Positions 13,871 through 61,871 of a stretch of DNA of 64,000 nucleotides are shown here, piece after piece. Source of the DNA: Amoebidium appalachense (Eukaryota; Protista; Ichthyosporea); the NCBI GenBank assembly GCA_963693365.1, contig CAVNZM010000008.1, positions 4,426,310 through 4,490,309 of the forward strand. The letters run 5' to 3'. The notes beneath the pieces are model-generated. The model ran no database searches. It was not told the DNA's origin and saw nothing but the letters and a program-made list of their open reading frames with translations. Within the stretch, counting starts at the first letter, position 1, and each line of letters opens with the position of its first letter. A program made the position numbers and the translations under genes.

Positions 13871-15751
13871 CCCCGCCCACCCACCCACCCACACATACAC
13901 CAGCTCCATCACAACTTTAAACACGTCATTGATTATTACCTCCCCCCCCCCCCCCCCCCCCCCCCCCCTCCCCCCCCCAAAACAAAGTATGGGTTGGGAA
14001 CCACGCGCGAGAGGTTCAAGAGTCGAAACCCATGCTTTTGTGGAGGCATAGGAACCCCTCTGATAATGGGCTCTGTTCAAGTGTCTTCTGTCTGCACGCT
14101 TAATTGTTTGATTTTGGATTTCCCACTTTTGTGACGTTTTGTTGTTGATATTTGTTGTCTCCTCCATATTTCCAACCCTCTAACGCATACATCACCCCCC
14201 CCCCCCCCCCCCTCCCCCCCCCCCCCCCCCAACCCCCAACCCCCACGCCTACCCCCCAACCTTCCCCCCTCTCTCCCTCCTTTTTTTTTTTCTTTCCCCC
14301 TCCCCCATTCTTTCTTCAATTTTTTAATCGTCTTTTGCTAAAACCACTCTCTTTGTGCGCTTACAGGTGATTCACGATCCCCCCTATCCTCGCGGTTTCT
14401 GCCTTACACCGGCATTCATCGAAGGAGTCCAATGTCTCGGTGCCGCAAATCTCATCTTTGACGTTTGCATCCGCCCATCGGAGCTAATCGACGTCGTTTC
14501 ATTGGCTAAGAAGTGCCCCGACACCCGATTTATCATCGATCACTGTGGAAATGCCGATCCGTACGTGGTTGCGGGCGTGAGGGCCAGTGGGGAGGGACCC
14601 AATCCTGTCTATCATCACAGTTTGGACCAATGGCTAAGTGATATGAAAGGTGGGGAATCACTAAATATGGCAAATTCCTATCTGAGTGCCTGTTCAGTTT
14701 TATCTGACTTGGTGTGAATAATGATATTTTAGGTGAAATTGGTAGGAATATAGCGTTCAGCTAGGTTTACTGCTTTATTCGGTGGATATCTTTTGGAAGA
14801 AACACCGTTGGCAAAGTCGACATAAATATAACGAGGGAAGAAAAAGGCGTGGGGTGGTGGTGCTGGTGCTGGTGATGGTGGTGGCGGTGGTGGTGGTTGG
14901 GAGGGGCCGGGGGGGTCTGGGATGAGAGGGGGGGGGGGGGGGGAGGGGGGGAGGGGGGTGGTTATACGTTATGGGTGGAACTTGCAGCTGGTCGGTATTT
15001 CTCATGTAAAGCGATTGAAGGCTTGATTTCTTTTTTTGCTGTGCCCTTGTCTTTATATATGTGGGGACGGAGGGGTTGGCCGTGTGTGCATGCAAGATAT
15101 GGTGCGGGAGAAGAAGCATTGAAAGGGGGGGGGGGGGGGGGGGGGGGGAGGTAGGGGAGGAATGTGTGCGTGCGTGCGTGCGTGCGTGCGTGTGTTCCGG
15201 TGTGGGGGAAGAGTGTGCCGTATGTGTGTTCTTTTTTTTGGTGGGGGAGGGGGGGGGAGGAGGGAAGGGGGAGACATGCAATATAACATTTGAAATTATA
15301 TGCAGTGTTACTAGGTTGACTAAAAGCAACACTAAATAGATGTCTTGTCGTGGAGCCTTTAAGCGCAAGAGGTATGGCGTGAATGCCTGTCACATTCCGA
15401 AACCTGGGGGCGGTAAAAAAAAACCACATGTGTGCTGACTAAAACCCACCAATCGCAGAGCTTGCCGCACAGCCAAATGTGGTCGCATGCAAGGTTTCGG
15501 GTATCATTGCTCGGGCCGAGTCGGGTTGGACTGCAGCCACCCTTGCACCCACAGTGAACTATTGCATCGACATATTCGGGCCGGACCGGGTCATTTTCGG
15601 GTCGGATTGGCCCGTTTGTACCTTGGGCCATGAAACCACACTTGCTGGATGGGTCGGTGCGTTGATGGATATCACGAGGGAGATGGGGGTGGTGTTTCAG
15701 GAAAAGCTGTTTAGGGAGAATGCAATGAGGATTTATGGGCTGACTGTGTAA
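11794..15751 (+). CDS. Amidohydrolase superfamily protein (Amidohydro_2, COG3618 L-fucono-lactonase-like), ~306 aa, 4 exons
   Basis: Exons 11794-11988, 13048-13197, 14367-14649 and 15459-15751 chain in phase. Motifs: IIDTHQHLW, VYMEV, KGVRQ, IIDHCGN, CKVSG, FGPDRVIFGSDWPV, LFRENAMRIYGL. Confidence 0.92.
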
Positions 15752-16163
15752 ACCTAAAATCATTTGGCTTTTTTTGCGGCATTAGTGATATAATGAAATG
15801 TATTTAGCATGCTTTTTTTTTTTTTTTTTTTTTTTGGATGTAGAGGTGGTACCCAATCAAAGGTAGAAGTTTAGAACAGTTTTGGACGTTCTCCAAAAAT
15901 ACTGTGTTCCGGGTGTGAAATTTTTCTCTGATTTTGCAGGTTAATTTTCTTCTAATAAAATATAAATCTGCGATTCGATTTGCAGCACTGGAAAACGCAG
16001 TAGACTGTTACGTGACCGAGCTGGGCCCCCGGATACATCCTTTATCATAATTTTTTTGTGTGTTCTACCCCTGAAATTTCACAAATTGCAAATACTGAAG
16101 GAGGATTTGCCGCATGTTGGTGTGGGTGCATACGTGTGGGTGGGTAGGTGGTGGTGATGATGG

Positions 16164-16214
<51 letters not shown>

Positions 16215-16539
16215 GTTATATACGGCGGCACGAAATCGAATGTGTGGTGCCCATTGGTAAAAAACGGCGGTGGCTCCAGGCCCAGAGCGATTCGGTTCCC
16301 TAGGGCAGTTGTCTTTTCAAAAGGTCGGCTGTCGCCCCCTCGGAACACCGGGTTTGGTATGCAGCTGGGTGTTGGGTTTAACGTTTGTGCTTTGCAGAAC
16401 AAAATGAATTTATAAATGCGGATCCTTTGGTGATTGCAGGGGCAGTGGTTATATAGTGGTAGTCGATGGGCCGGGTACAGAAGACTTCCCCCCCCCCCCC
16501 CCCCCTCCCCCCCCCCCTTCCCCCGGGTCCCCCCTCCCG

Positions 16540-16570
<31 letters not shown>

Positions 16571-16590
16571 TCGGGTTAAAAAAATGGGTG

Positions 16591-16643
<53 letters not shown>

Positions 16644-17277
16644 CAGATCTGGGGGGGGGGGGGGGGCTGCCATGTTTCCAAATATAAGTACGACACCAAT
16701 ATAGAAGGTGTGCCATGAGAAATGCCGACATAGGCGCTTAAAAATAAATTACAATAATTTTATATCATCCCATCACTGGTACAACCAGTATCTTTTCACT
16801 TAGAAAACATGAGCTTCGTTGTAAAAATAATAATAAATATTAAAAAGACTTTTTTCAATATTAAAACAGTCAACCAAACCCATTTACTGATTATCGTGTA
16901 TCATGTGCTTTCAGCAGAATATAAACGCCCAACTGAAGTAATACAGTTTCTCCTTTGGCAGAACAACCAAAACACGATCAGGCTATCAACTTGGGGTTAA
17001 CTTTTTCCCATTCACACGATTGGATTTATGAGCTATTCATCAGATCCCCCCATGTCGACCCTAGATAAAGCGCAGATTGATTTGCGGATGCAATTCTAAC
17101 ACATTATGTATTTGAACCCATCACCCCTAAAGGTAAACCACCCACAATTAAACTTTTGACAATGCTGTTAAACCGACCGACAGTTCACTTCTGTCCGAAT
17201 AAACCATACTAACATTAAAATCCTAATTTATAATTTTATATTAAGAGTGTCGCTTAAAAGATGACGTGTTTATAGGG

Positions 17278-36966
<19,689 letters not shown>

Positions 36967-37370
36967 ACACGGGCCTACAAGTAAGCACGCTTATGCACAC
37001 AAGTAAATGAACTCACGGCATAAAGGCACATGTACTTGCATTCAGGTATACGTATTCTTTCACATTCACACATGCGTGTGTGCCTGATCGCCAGTGTGTG
37101 CTGGCTCACACACAAAAACAAGAACACACAGAACGTTTTTCCGGTGAGTACAGGTAAACCAAGAAACCCACCACACACGCACACCACCGTAAGAGGAGAG
37201 GATGAGATTGATAGAGAGAGGTGGATCTCTCAAACATGTACAGATGCAAGTGAGCACGCACGCACGCACACGCTCGCACACCGATCTCAATCCACTAATA
37301 TGACTTCCCCCCCCCCCCCCCCCCTCCCTACACACACACACACACACACACACAACCCCCGGTTCGGCAG

Positions 37371-42899
<5,529 letters not shown>

Positions 42900-43318
42900 G
42901 TAGGTTTTATCCCCTAGGAATTCTAGGAATGTATGCTTGCTCCTCTCTCTTGGCTTTATGAGGTCATGATTTGTGTTGCCTGTGGACACATTTATTTTCA
43001 TCCAGAGCAAAGATACCACATACTCCTTTTGCGAAGTTTTTCAATTTGTAAGAAGAGTTTAAAAACAAAACAAAAAACTATAAAAATCAAACGAGTTGTA
43101 AGGAAGGAAACCTGTAAGTTTGCCTTTCTCGTCATACCTTTGTCATGGGGGACTGAACACATGCAGACATGCAGATAGACACCCTCTCCTTCCTTAGATC
43201 CCGTGTTCCTCCCCCCCCCCCCCCCAAAAAAAAAAAAAAAAAAAGAAAAGAAAAACCTCCCCCCCTCCTCGCCCTCTCCCCCCCACCTCGGAAGAGAGAA
43301 TGAGAGAAGTGTGTGTGT

Positions 43319-43349
<31 letters not shown>

Positions 43350-43695
43350 GGGGGGAAGGGAGGGAGAGAAAGATACAGAGAGTGTCTGTGTGTGTGTGTG
43401 TGTGTTGGGGGGGGGGGGGGGGGGGGGGGGTGTGTGTGAGAGAGCGAGAGGGCGGGGGGGGGGGGGGGAGGGGGGGACGGAGGGGAAGGGGGGGGGGGGG
43501 GGGGTCGTCGGGATACAAAGCGTGGGAGAGCCGCCATTAGAATCTGCCTACACGTCCAATTATGTATTCGATTTGCATGGCGTATAAGAGGTGGGGTGTT
43601 GGTGGTGGTGGTGAAGGGGGGAGGAATTCGAAAGATGCGATTATCAGATCAGCATGTGGGGACACACAGGCACGCAGGCACACACGAGCGCACGT

Positions 43696-43761
<66 letters not shown>

Positions 43762-43771
43762 CACACACACG

Positions 43772-43806
<35 letters not shown>

Positions 43807-43842
43807 CCCCCCCCCATACACAGACACACATACACACCATAC

Positions 43843-47872
<4,030 letters not shown>

Positions 47873-48175
47873 GTCGCTGTCGTAGAGAGATGCAAATGAG
47901 TAGTCTATACCATAGGAGTTAAAGAGGTGCCGTCCGTTTTGGGGAGGATCATAAAAAGGAAAGAAAGGAAGAGGACGAAATACACGGGACGGTAGTGTCA
48001 CGGACTGATGGAGGGGCGCTCTCTGCCGGATCATTCGGCGGGAAAAGGGTGCGTGCATATCCAATCAAAGCGTTCTTATGGTTGCGTGTTTACTAAATAT
48101 GGAGACAGCATATACCAAATGTAGCCGGTCATGACGTCACAAGATAAATGCAATGCAAAATGCCACGCTCTTTTT

Positions 48176-48290
48176 TTCAGAGGGCCGTGAAAATGCAATG
48201 CATGAGTGCCACGGCCCTCTGAACACAATGTTGTTCAGAGGGCCGTGAATTGTGTTCAGAGGGCCGTGATGAGTGCCAGCCGTGAGGTTT
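48176..48290. repeat. Array of ttcagagggccgtg motifs (3 direct, 1 inverted, forming a hairpin) in a divergent intergenic region
   Basis: Direct copies at ~48176, ~48234 and ~48255; inverted copy cacggccctctgaa at ~48210. Confidence 0.75.
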
Positions 48291-49070
48291 TTTTTTTGGC
48301 CGCCACCGTTTGCGAACTTAGGACTACATACATAAGAAAACCCCCAAAAATATAAACACGTGTATTTACTGACATTCGATTTGATCAAAGACTTGCGTTT
48401 TTGTGAGGGCACAGTAAGGTTTTTTTTTTTGGCAAAAAGGGGGCGGCCGGCCGTGCCACCGAGGCTCACGCCACGGTGGCAGCATGCCACGGGCCGCGTG
48501 CGGGCTTTGTTTACACCATTCATATAAGGAAACTAACAAACTATATATGGGTTTATTTTCTCAAAAACACTGACCAATCAGTATTTAAGGCTATTTATTT
48601 GGTATGATATTTTAATATCTAATTCTGATTTAAAGCCTTTAAAAAATATTTTACGTTTATGTTGGGGCATTTATAATTTGTTAAACTTTTTCTTAGCAGT
48701 ATGCGCAGGAATGCAGTTGCCGCATTCAGCAACCGTTGAGCATACCACGTGTTTCAAGTGCTACAAAGATCCGACGTGTATCCCTTATCAGCAGTTAGTT
48801 TTTCTGGTGTGTAAAGGAACACACCATACGTGAGAACTCTTGTAACTTCTGAATACCACATCAACATAGTCCATAAACTAGCGAGCTGCGCGGCTCTCTC
48901 TCTAGACCTCAGCAAGTGTAGCTACGCGCCAAAAAGTCCAAGGAGGTCAATTTTTTTGAAGCTCGCACTGAGTGCCCAGAACTCAAGTTTCCTTCAAAAA
49001 TTGTCCTTTTAGCGACAGGGTATCCCTAATATATGGCGAGGTATTATAACTACCTCATTTTCCTTCCACC

Positions 49071-49419
49071 ATGCGTTCTTTTACCCTCTCTGCCCTCCTA
49101 GGGCTAGTCCTAGCATCCCAATTGCATGCCGCAACAACCAGGAACATGCACAGGCGGCAGACAGACCAGATTTACTGTTTGCAGGCTGCGACGGACGACA
49201 ACATGTATTCATGCCCGCCGGGGGAGGATGTGAAGGCACTCTTGTGCTCACCAGATCTCACAGCGGCCAACCCGTGCAATGCGGCAACCTGTTGCAGAAA
49301 GAGTAAACACGTGCAGGAGGTGGGTGTTGGGCATGTGAGGATGTGAAGGCTAACTAAGCAGGGTTTGTATTGTACATGCACATTGTGGGTAATGTATGCA
49401 TGTTATCATGTCATGTGGA

Positions 49420-49476
<57 letters not shown>

Positions 49477-49503
49477 CACACACGGACACAGACACACACA
49501 CTG

Positions 49504-49540
<37 letters not shown>

Positions 49541-49904
49541 CAGAGTAACACATGTGTACACATGTACTGTCACACATGCACACCGTGTAGCAGACAGTCG
49601 CACACAACAGTGCACACACTTCTTTTGAAGGCCACGAACACACAACGAGACACACAGAGTTTTGACAAACACGTCCACTTCATCGTAGGAGACCCTCACC
49701 TGTGATAAAAGCACATGCAGCGTAGCGATAATGCTGTGTGCAATGGTTTTACTACGCAAAAACCTTGACCCCTGACAGCATGCCGCCCTTTCATACCCTA
49801 TCTATTCTGTTTCCGTGCAGCTTGAGCCCCTTTTATGTGCTTGAACCTTTGCAATTTGTTCGGGGGGGCAGGGGGAGGGAGGGGGGGGGGGGGGGAGGCT
49901 TTGG

Positions 49905-49937
<33 letters not shown>

Positions 49938-50534
49938 TTAGGCAACATCTTAGACTAGTACCCCTGTTTCGAATTCTCTTTCTTGTGGTTTGCTGTTCGT
50001 TTTTTCCCCCTAATTTCTCTTGCTTAGCAAGTTGTCCCTATATGAGAAAACTTGAAGTGCCATACATCGTTTGCAGTTGGACGTTCTTCTTCAACACATG
50101 AGCTGAGAACAAAATTCTTCGCCTACAGGAGGCCTCCCCAGACCCTGAGAGCGACGGGGAACTCCAGTCACGTGATTTTCCCGTTGACGGGGCTGCCCCT
50201 ACCCCTGTCACATCATCCTCGGACGAGGCAACACAAACCTCCATCGAATCAATCACAAGTGACAGCCAGTCACTTTTGCCCACAATCAGCGAAGGCCCAT
50301 CACAGACAGAGAGCGTTTCAGCTGATATGTCCTCTGCAGCGGCCGAGCCTGCGGATTCAGAAACTACAGAGGGTGAAAATATCGAGGGAGATGGAACCGA
50401 GGAAACAGGTGACGGTGGGAGTGAAAATGAGGAGGATTCTGAGAACACGGACGGAAAGGGAGAAGGGGAGGATGAAATTGCGGAGGGGGGATGGGGAGGA
50501 TGGGGGGGAGCAGGATGAAGAGGAGAGCGAATAG
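49071..50534 (+). CDS. Secreted protein: signal peptide, 6-Cys module and acidic Ser/Thr/Glu/Gly-rich tail
   Basis: ccaccATG at 49071; [20 protein letters not shown]; [17 protein letters not shown]; donor at 49303. The last exon runs from ~50104-50129 ([11 protein letters not shown]...[10 protein letters not shown]). The middle junction is unresolved, and the stop is at 50518 or 50534 depending on a G-run indel. Confidence 0.65.
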
Positions 50535-51104
50535 AAGTTCATGAACATCTTCCTTCGTTTCCTTGCAAACATGGGGTGTATGTACATGGTTACAGCAAGT
50601 TGTTTGATTTTTTTCGTGACTAGAGCCGAAGCAATCTGTTATTGGGAGCTAGGTTTGATCGAATCCTGTTCATGACCGTGCACCTCCTTATGTACATAAT
50701 GTTTGGTTCTGTGTGCTCTACTGCTCGAACCTATCATGAATGGGGGAGGTGTGGCGGTGATGTCGGTGATGTGTGCGTGTAAGTGGGGAGTTGAGGAGAA
50801 GGATGAGGGGGACTGAAATAATGCCACCGCACGTATAGACGTATCATACTACATTTTACGTTTGCATGTGATGTTTTCGTATTCCAATTGGGGTACCGCA
50901 TCTGTTTTTCAAGATTCAATAGTATCGAGTTTAAAATGGCATGCCACGCAAGGTGGCAACGGTCTTATAGCTTGATAGACGTCGTATGTATGCACATCAT
51001 ATTCAAGGGCTCATGTGAATAAGACATCGTAGAAATATTTTATACAATACATCAATGGCATCACATGTTAAAAGGTCCACCGCTGGTAGGAGCCCTTAGA
51101 CAAA

Positions 51105-51562
51105 GGGGTCAACCACACGAGCTGAATTATTCTGCTGGTAGCAGCGTAATTCTGCTAATAGCAACGTAATTCTGCTTTGGCTGCATAATTCTGCTTCGAG
51201 GGCACTAAATTCAACTTGATGGTCGGTTTTGTCGCCATCTCATCAAAAATGCTCACGTGCCTAGAAATTTGAAAAGCCACTTCCGCATTCCATTTGTTAT
51301 GATTGGCAGTAAGCGCATCAGCATTAGATCACAAAAAACTTACTGATTGGCTTAGAACGCTTCACGTGATGCCAAAACGTAGCGCACGGTGCGCTACATT
51401 CATATGCATGGGAACGGAATTCCATCGAACGCGTGGCTCTTGCGTCTAAAATTCTGCCCCAAGCACCAGCTGAGTAATTCTGCTGGTAGTACGTAGCGTA
51501 ATTCTGCTACCAGCGGAATAATTTCGCTACAGCAGAATAATTCAGCTCGTGTGGTTGACCCC
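51105..51562. mobile_element. 458-bp non-autonomous DNA transposon (MITE) with 32-bp perfect TIRs and 8-bp TSD TAGACAAA
   Basis: TIR ggggtcaaccacacgagctgaattattctgct (51105-51136) has its exact reverse complement at 51531-51562. tagacaaa at 51097-51104 and 51563-51570. Subterminal taattctgct repeats. Confidence 0.93.
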
Positions 51563-51849
51563 TAGACAAAAAGGGGGAAAGAAAAGCAATCAAAACACGG
51601 GAAGTCTCGTGAAGCAATAAATGTCCATTACATATACGGTGCCTTACTACGCTGTTCTTGCTCACATATTCCCATGGCCATGCCAGCCTTTTAATCAGTG
51701 CCTCATGCTATTAGCATTTTATAATAGTCCTAATGACTGTGCCAGAAGCAGTGAAAACTGATCTATATATTATGTTAATTTATGGGCCTGCACATGCCCT
51801 CCTCATGCATGTGTTGCGGATCTGAATCTCAATCTCAATCTCTCAATCT

Positions 51850-52078
<229 letters not shown>

Positions 52079-52815
52079 GCCCAACCCTCTCGCTTTTCCT
52101 CCCCCACCACCCTCCACAGGCTACATATCTCTCGTGGGCCCGCTGGCCATATGGGGGGGAAGGGGGGGCCGGGGGGGGGATACTGCAACGTTACTCAATT
52201 GCGATTGGACCAAGGCGCATCAGGTCTGGTGCGATCCTCACATAAGATTATATAAGAAACCAAAACAAAACGGCCGACTTTCTTCAGTGATGCACATAAT
52301 GCACAAACCGTCACGCAGATAAACATACACATGCACCTACCGTAAGTGACAACACGTTGAGTGACAACAGAGATATGATATAGAAGTGGAAGAGAAATAA
52401 CCAGATATAAAAGTTACAGTACCTCTGCTGTGTGCAGAGCCTGGCATTGTTCGTTCAATGCAGGATTTCTAAACTGCTTTGTTCTTTTTAGCGAGTTTTC
52501 TTTTGATCGTCGATTGGTTTCTGGTGACACAAGCGGACGCGCACAGTCTTTTGCGCACAAATATGCACACAGGTACACACGCACACACGCACATACGCAC
52601 ACAGCGTGGACCTATATAGACACATGAGCACACATACACATGCACACAAACACGCACACATACACACCCACAATCCCACACATACCCACACCCATCCACA
52701 CTCAAACACATACACGCACGCTTCGAGGGTAAGTGTAGGGACGTAGAGCGAGAGGAATAAAGGGGCTACAACGAACACACCAACACACAAGTTTACGTGT
52801 AGTGAACCGCTCAGC

Positions 52816-58553
<5,738 letters not shown>

Positions 58554-58620
58554 GAAGTAAGGGTGATGGAGATGTGAGGGAGGGTGAGGGAAACAAGTAT
58601 GAGCATTCAAAAGAGCGGAG

Positions 58621-58660
<40 letters not shown>

Positions 58661-59560
58661 ACACACACACACATATACCTTTTTTCCCCCTCTGCAAAGT
58701 AGTTGGATGGCTAGCTGAGTGCCTTGCAGTGGCTGATCTGGTTATTTTGAGCTCAGTGGTAATAATCAGCAGGCGGCATGTAGGAAATAGCGAGAAACGA
58801 AAGGTGCTACCAGTAGGATAGTAGTAGGGATAACTGTGAGTCAGCTGGAGTGATGTGTGTGTGTGTGTGTGTGTGTCCGTGTGTGTTTGCGCCCGCATGT
58901 CATGTTGTTGGAACGAAGTTGGAACAGTGGGATCCACCCACGGATTTGATCCAATGTGGTTTTTGCTTGCATGTTTTTGTTTTCCTTGTGGGACGCCGAG
59001 AGGCTTATGAAACAAAAGTAAATCTTGGTCGCCTTTAGGAACTTAGGTTCTTTGGAGGTCCCGGCCTTCCCCTCTCCTTTTTTTATTTTTAATTTCTTAC
59101 TTCTGTCTTTTTTTTTGTGCCCGTCATTTTTATTCTGGTTTTTGTCGCATCTATTATTTTGTGCTTTTGTCAGAATTGCTTCAGGTATTGTTAAGATCTT
59201 TTTTATTCGCATTATGTTCTTAAGTCGATTTTAACTCCTTAGTGTATGTCGGCCATGAACGGCTAGCCCGTGCACGTCAACCCTATGATACTGCTGTTTT
59301 TTGATGTGGAAAACGAGGCTTTCTGCATAAATTTGTTATTCTAACTCCCAGGGAGAGTAAAGTTATGGAACAGAAATATCGAGCAGCTCCAGATCTAGGT
59401 TGCGCTTCTAGAGGAGAGGGCAGGTGCCCTATTATTTATATTAATATTATTTGCAATTGGATGACAAATAAAGAAAATTGGATGACAATCAAAGGGGATT
59501 GGATGACATGATTTTACTGTATGCTATGCACTGAAACACTGTGTGTGATTGGAGGAATGT

Positions 59561-59693
59561 CATGTCAATGTTTGACAGGTTGCACCTGGGTCACCTACAT
59601 AGCCAGGTGCACAAAACAAACGTCGTCCAGGTGGCATGGGTACCCATTCGACATGCTTCACCGCACCTCCTTCTTAGTGTGTGTGTGTGCACG

Positions 59694-59738
<45 letters not shown>

Positions 59739-59839
59739 ACGTGTGCACGTGTGCGTGTGCGTGTATATACACCTATGCGTGGTTGCGTGCGACAGCATGT
59801 GTGTGTGTGTGTGCACGTGTGTGTGTGTGTCTGTCTCTC

Positions 59840-59906
<67 letters not shown>

Positions 59907-60195
59907 ATGTGCATGATGTGAGTGTGTGTGTCTGGCAAAGCTGAGGGGTTGGGGGATCGATGCACATTCAACAAATGGCCGCTTCCTGCGGCCAATAGCT
60001 GTATAGGCCAACACCTCAGACATCATGACAGTAAATCGACGACGTTACAAGCTTTTTAATTTACACACCACATCACACATCACTGTATGGCTGCAGATTG
60101 GGTGGGACATGTGGTGTATGGGGCAGGTTTTCGCTGTAACACACACACACACACACAAAGGGATGGGGTGGGGGTGGGGTGTGGTGCACGTGTGT

Positions 60196-60241
<46 letters not shown>

Positions 60242-60601
60242 GGGGGGGGGAGGCGGAGTGTAATATTGTGATTCTTGTGCCCTTAGTAGCCCCTCTCACT
60301 GAGTGACTAAACTAAACAACGCCTGTTCAAATTGTGTACTTGTTTTCTGCGCAGTGATTGTGCGTATACGCGCATCCTAAATACGTGACCCACTTACACC
60401 CACCCCCCTATCAAATTAGTGTGATGGCCTTTATAAGGCCAAGTGCAGGGTGGGCAAGGGAGAGGAGGGGTGTGGGGGGGTGGGGTGGGGTGGGGGGGGG
60501 GGGGCCAAAGTAAATTTTCAATGACATCTGCCCGATTCGATCTTGCGCACGAAACTTGGTGAAAAATAAAATCCCCGGGCCAGATGTGTGAACGTCGTAG
60601 A
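59561..60601 (-). other. Possible orphan 3' exons of a glycosyltransferase-like gene
   Basis: An acceptor at 60601 gives [18 protein letters not shown], resembling the GT34 motif W.PGDF..HF.GC. A possible terminal exon reads GGAVKHVEWVPMPPGRRLFCAPGYVGDPGATCQTLT*. I could not join them in phase. Confidence 0.3.
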
Positions 60602-60617
60602 CTGAGTGAGTGCGCGC

Positions 60618-60662
<45 letters not shown>

Positions 60663-60781
60663 CGCGTGTGTGTGTGCGTGTGTGTGCGCGTGCGCTCAAG
60701 TATGTGTGTTCGTTCATGTGCATGCGTTTATTCATGTGATGGTGGTGTGATGATGGCTTTTTTTTATTTTTTTTTTTTTGT

Positions 60782-60815
<34 letters not shown>

Positions 60816-61871
60816 GTTGGTCGATTGGGTGTGTGTGTGTGTGTGTTCCTTGGGGGGTGAAAGGGGGGGGGGAGGGGGGACGGTGGAGAGTGGAGGGGGG
60901 AGAGGGGGGCAGGGCGGGGGATAGAGCTGAAGTGAACAACCGTATTTATATTTATTACATTTTAGCCCACCATACACATCAACCCTTCGTCAGTCGATGA
61001 TAATACCACGCCACATCCAAACCAGTGGGGGTGGCTCATATGTTCAAAACAATCATCAATGAAAATTACATGCAAAAAAAGCTGCAAAACTTGAAACCTA
61101 AAGTTGAAAGGGGGTTTTGAGCCATTAGAGTACTGATATACATCAAGGGCTATAAATGCGATCAAACAAAAGCGAACATGAAAACGTGCAGGTTTACGGG
61201 TAAATGTGCGTGTGTGCGTGTGTGTGCTGGGTTGTAGTTGGAAGGCGGAGAGGGGGGTTGTATGTACACACAAAAAAACGAGAGCATTTGATGATGTGAC
61301 ATGTCATTCGTGGTTTGTTTTAGCAATCTTCAAATACAATCAACGAGTTAGTCAGATAACCAGCAACATGTATTTCGCACTACTCATCAACACAACGAGA
61401 TAAACGGCCACACAAATTCGGCAAACATATAAGCTCCAAAAAAAAAAAAAAAAAAAAAAAAATCCTGTACAATCCAAACTCTATTAATATTAGGGTCTCA
61501 AACTCAACAACCGAACGACTGCGCATACCTATACAGCAAATTTGGGATATGCAATATATTATCTACCTTGGGAACGCACCTACCAGGCCCAGTGCAACCT
61601 CATATTTTCTACATCGCTATACAGCCAATCCGAGATAACATTACAAACCTATCCATGGGAGTAATAATTCAAAAATGCCTTTGTAAACAAACACAACGTC
61701 AAAACACTGGCATTGCTATTAACATGCAACACGAGATATTCAACTCCAATCATTGGGAGTTTGGACAAAAATAAGCTGTAGCATATTTCGGGTTTCTATA
61801 TACGAAACAACAAACCACACAGCCAATCCCCGTGTTTCCGAGCATATACAAAGGCGTGCGAGTATCTTTCT

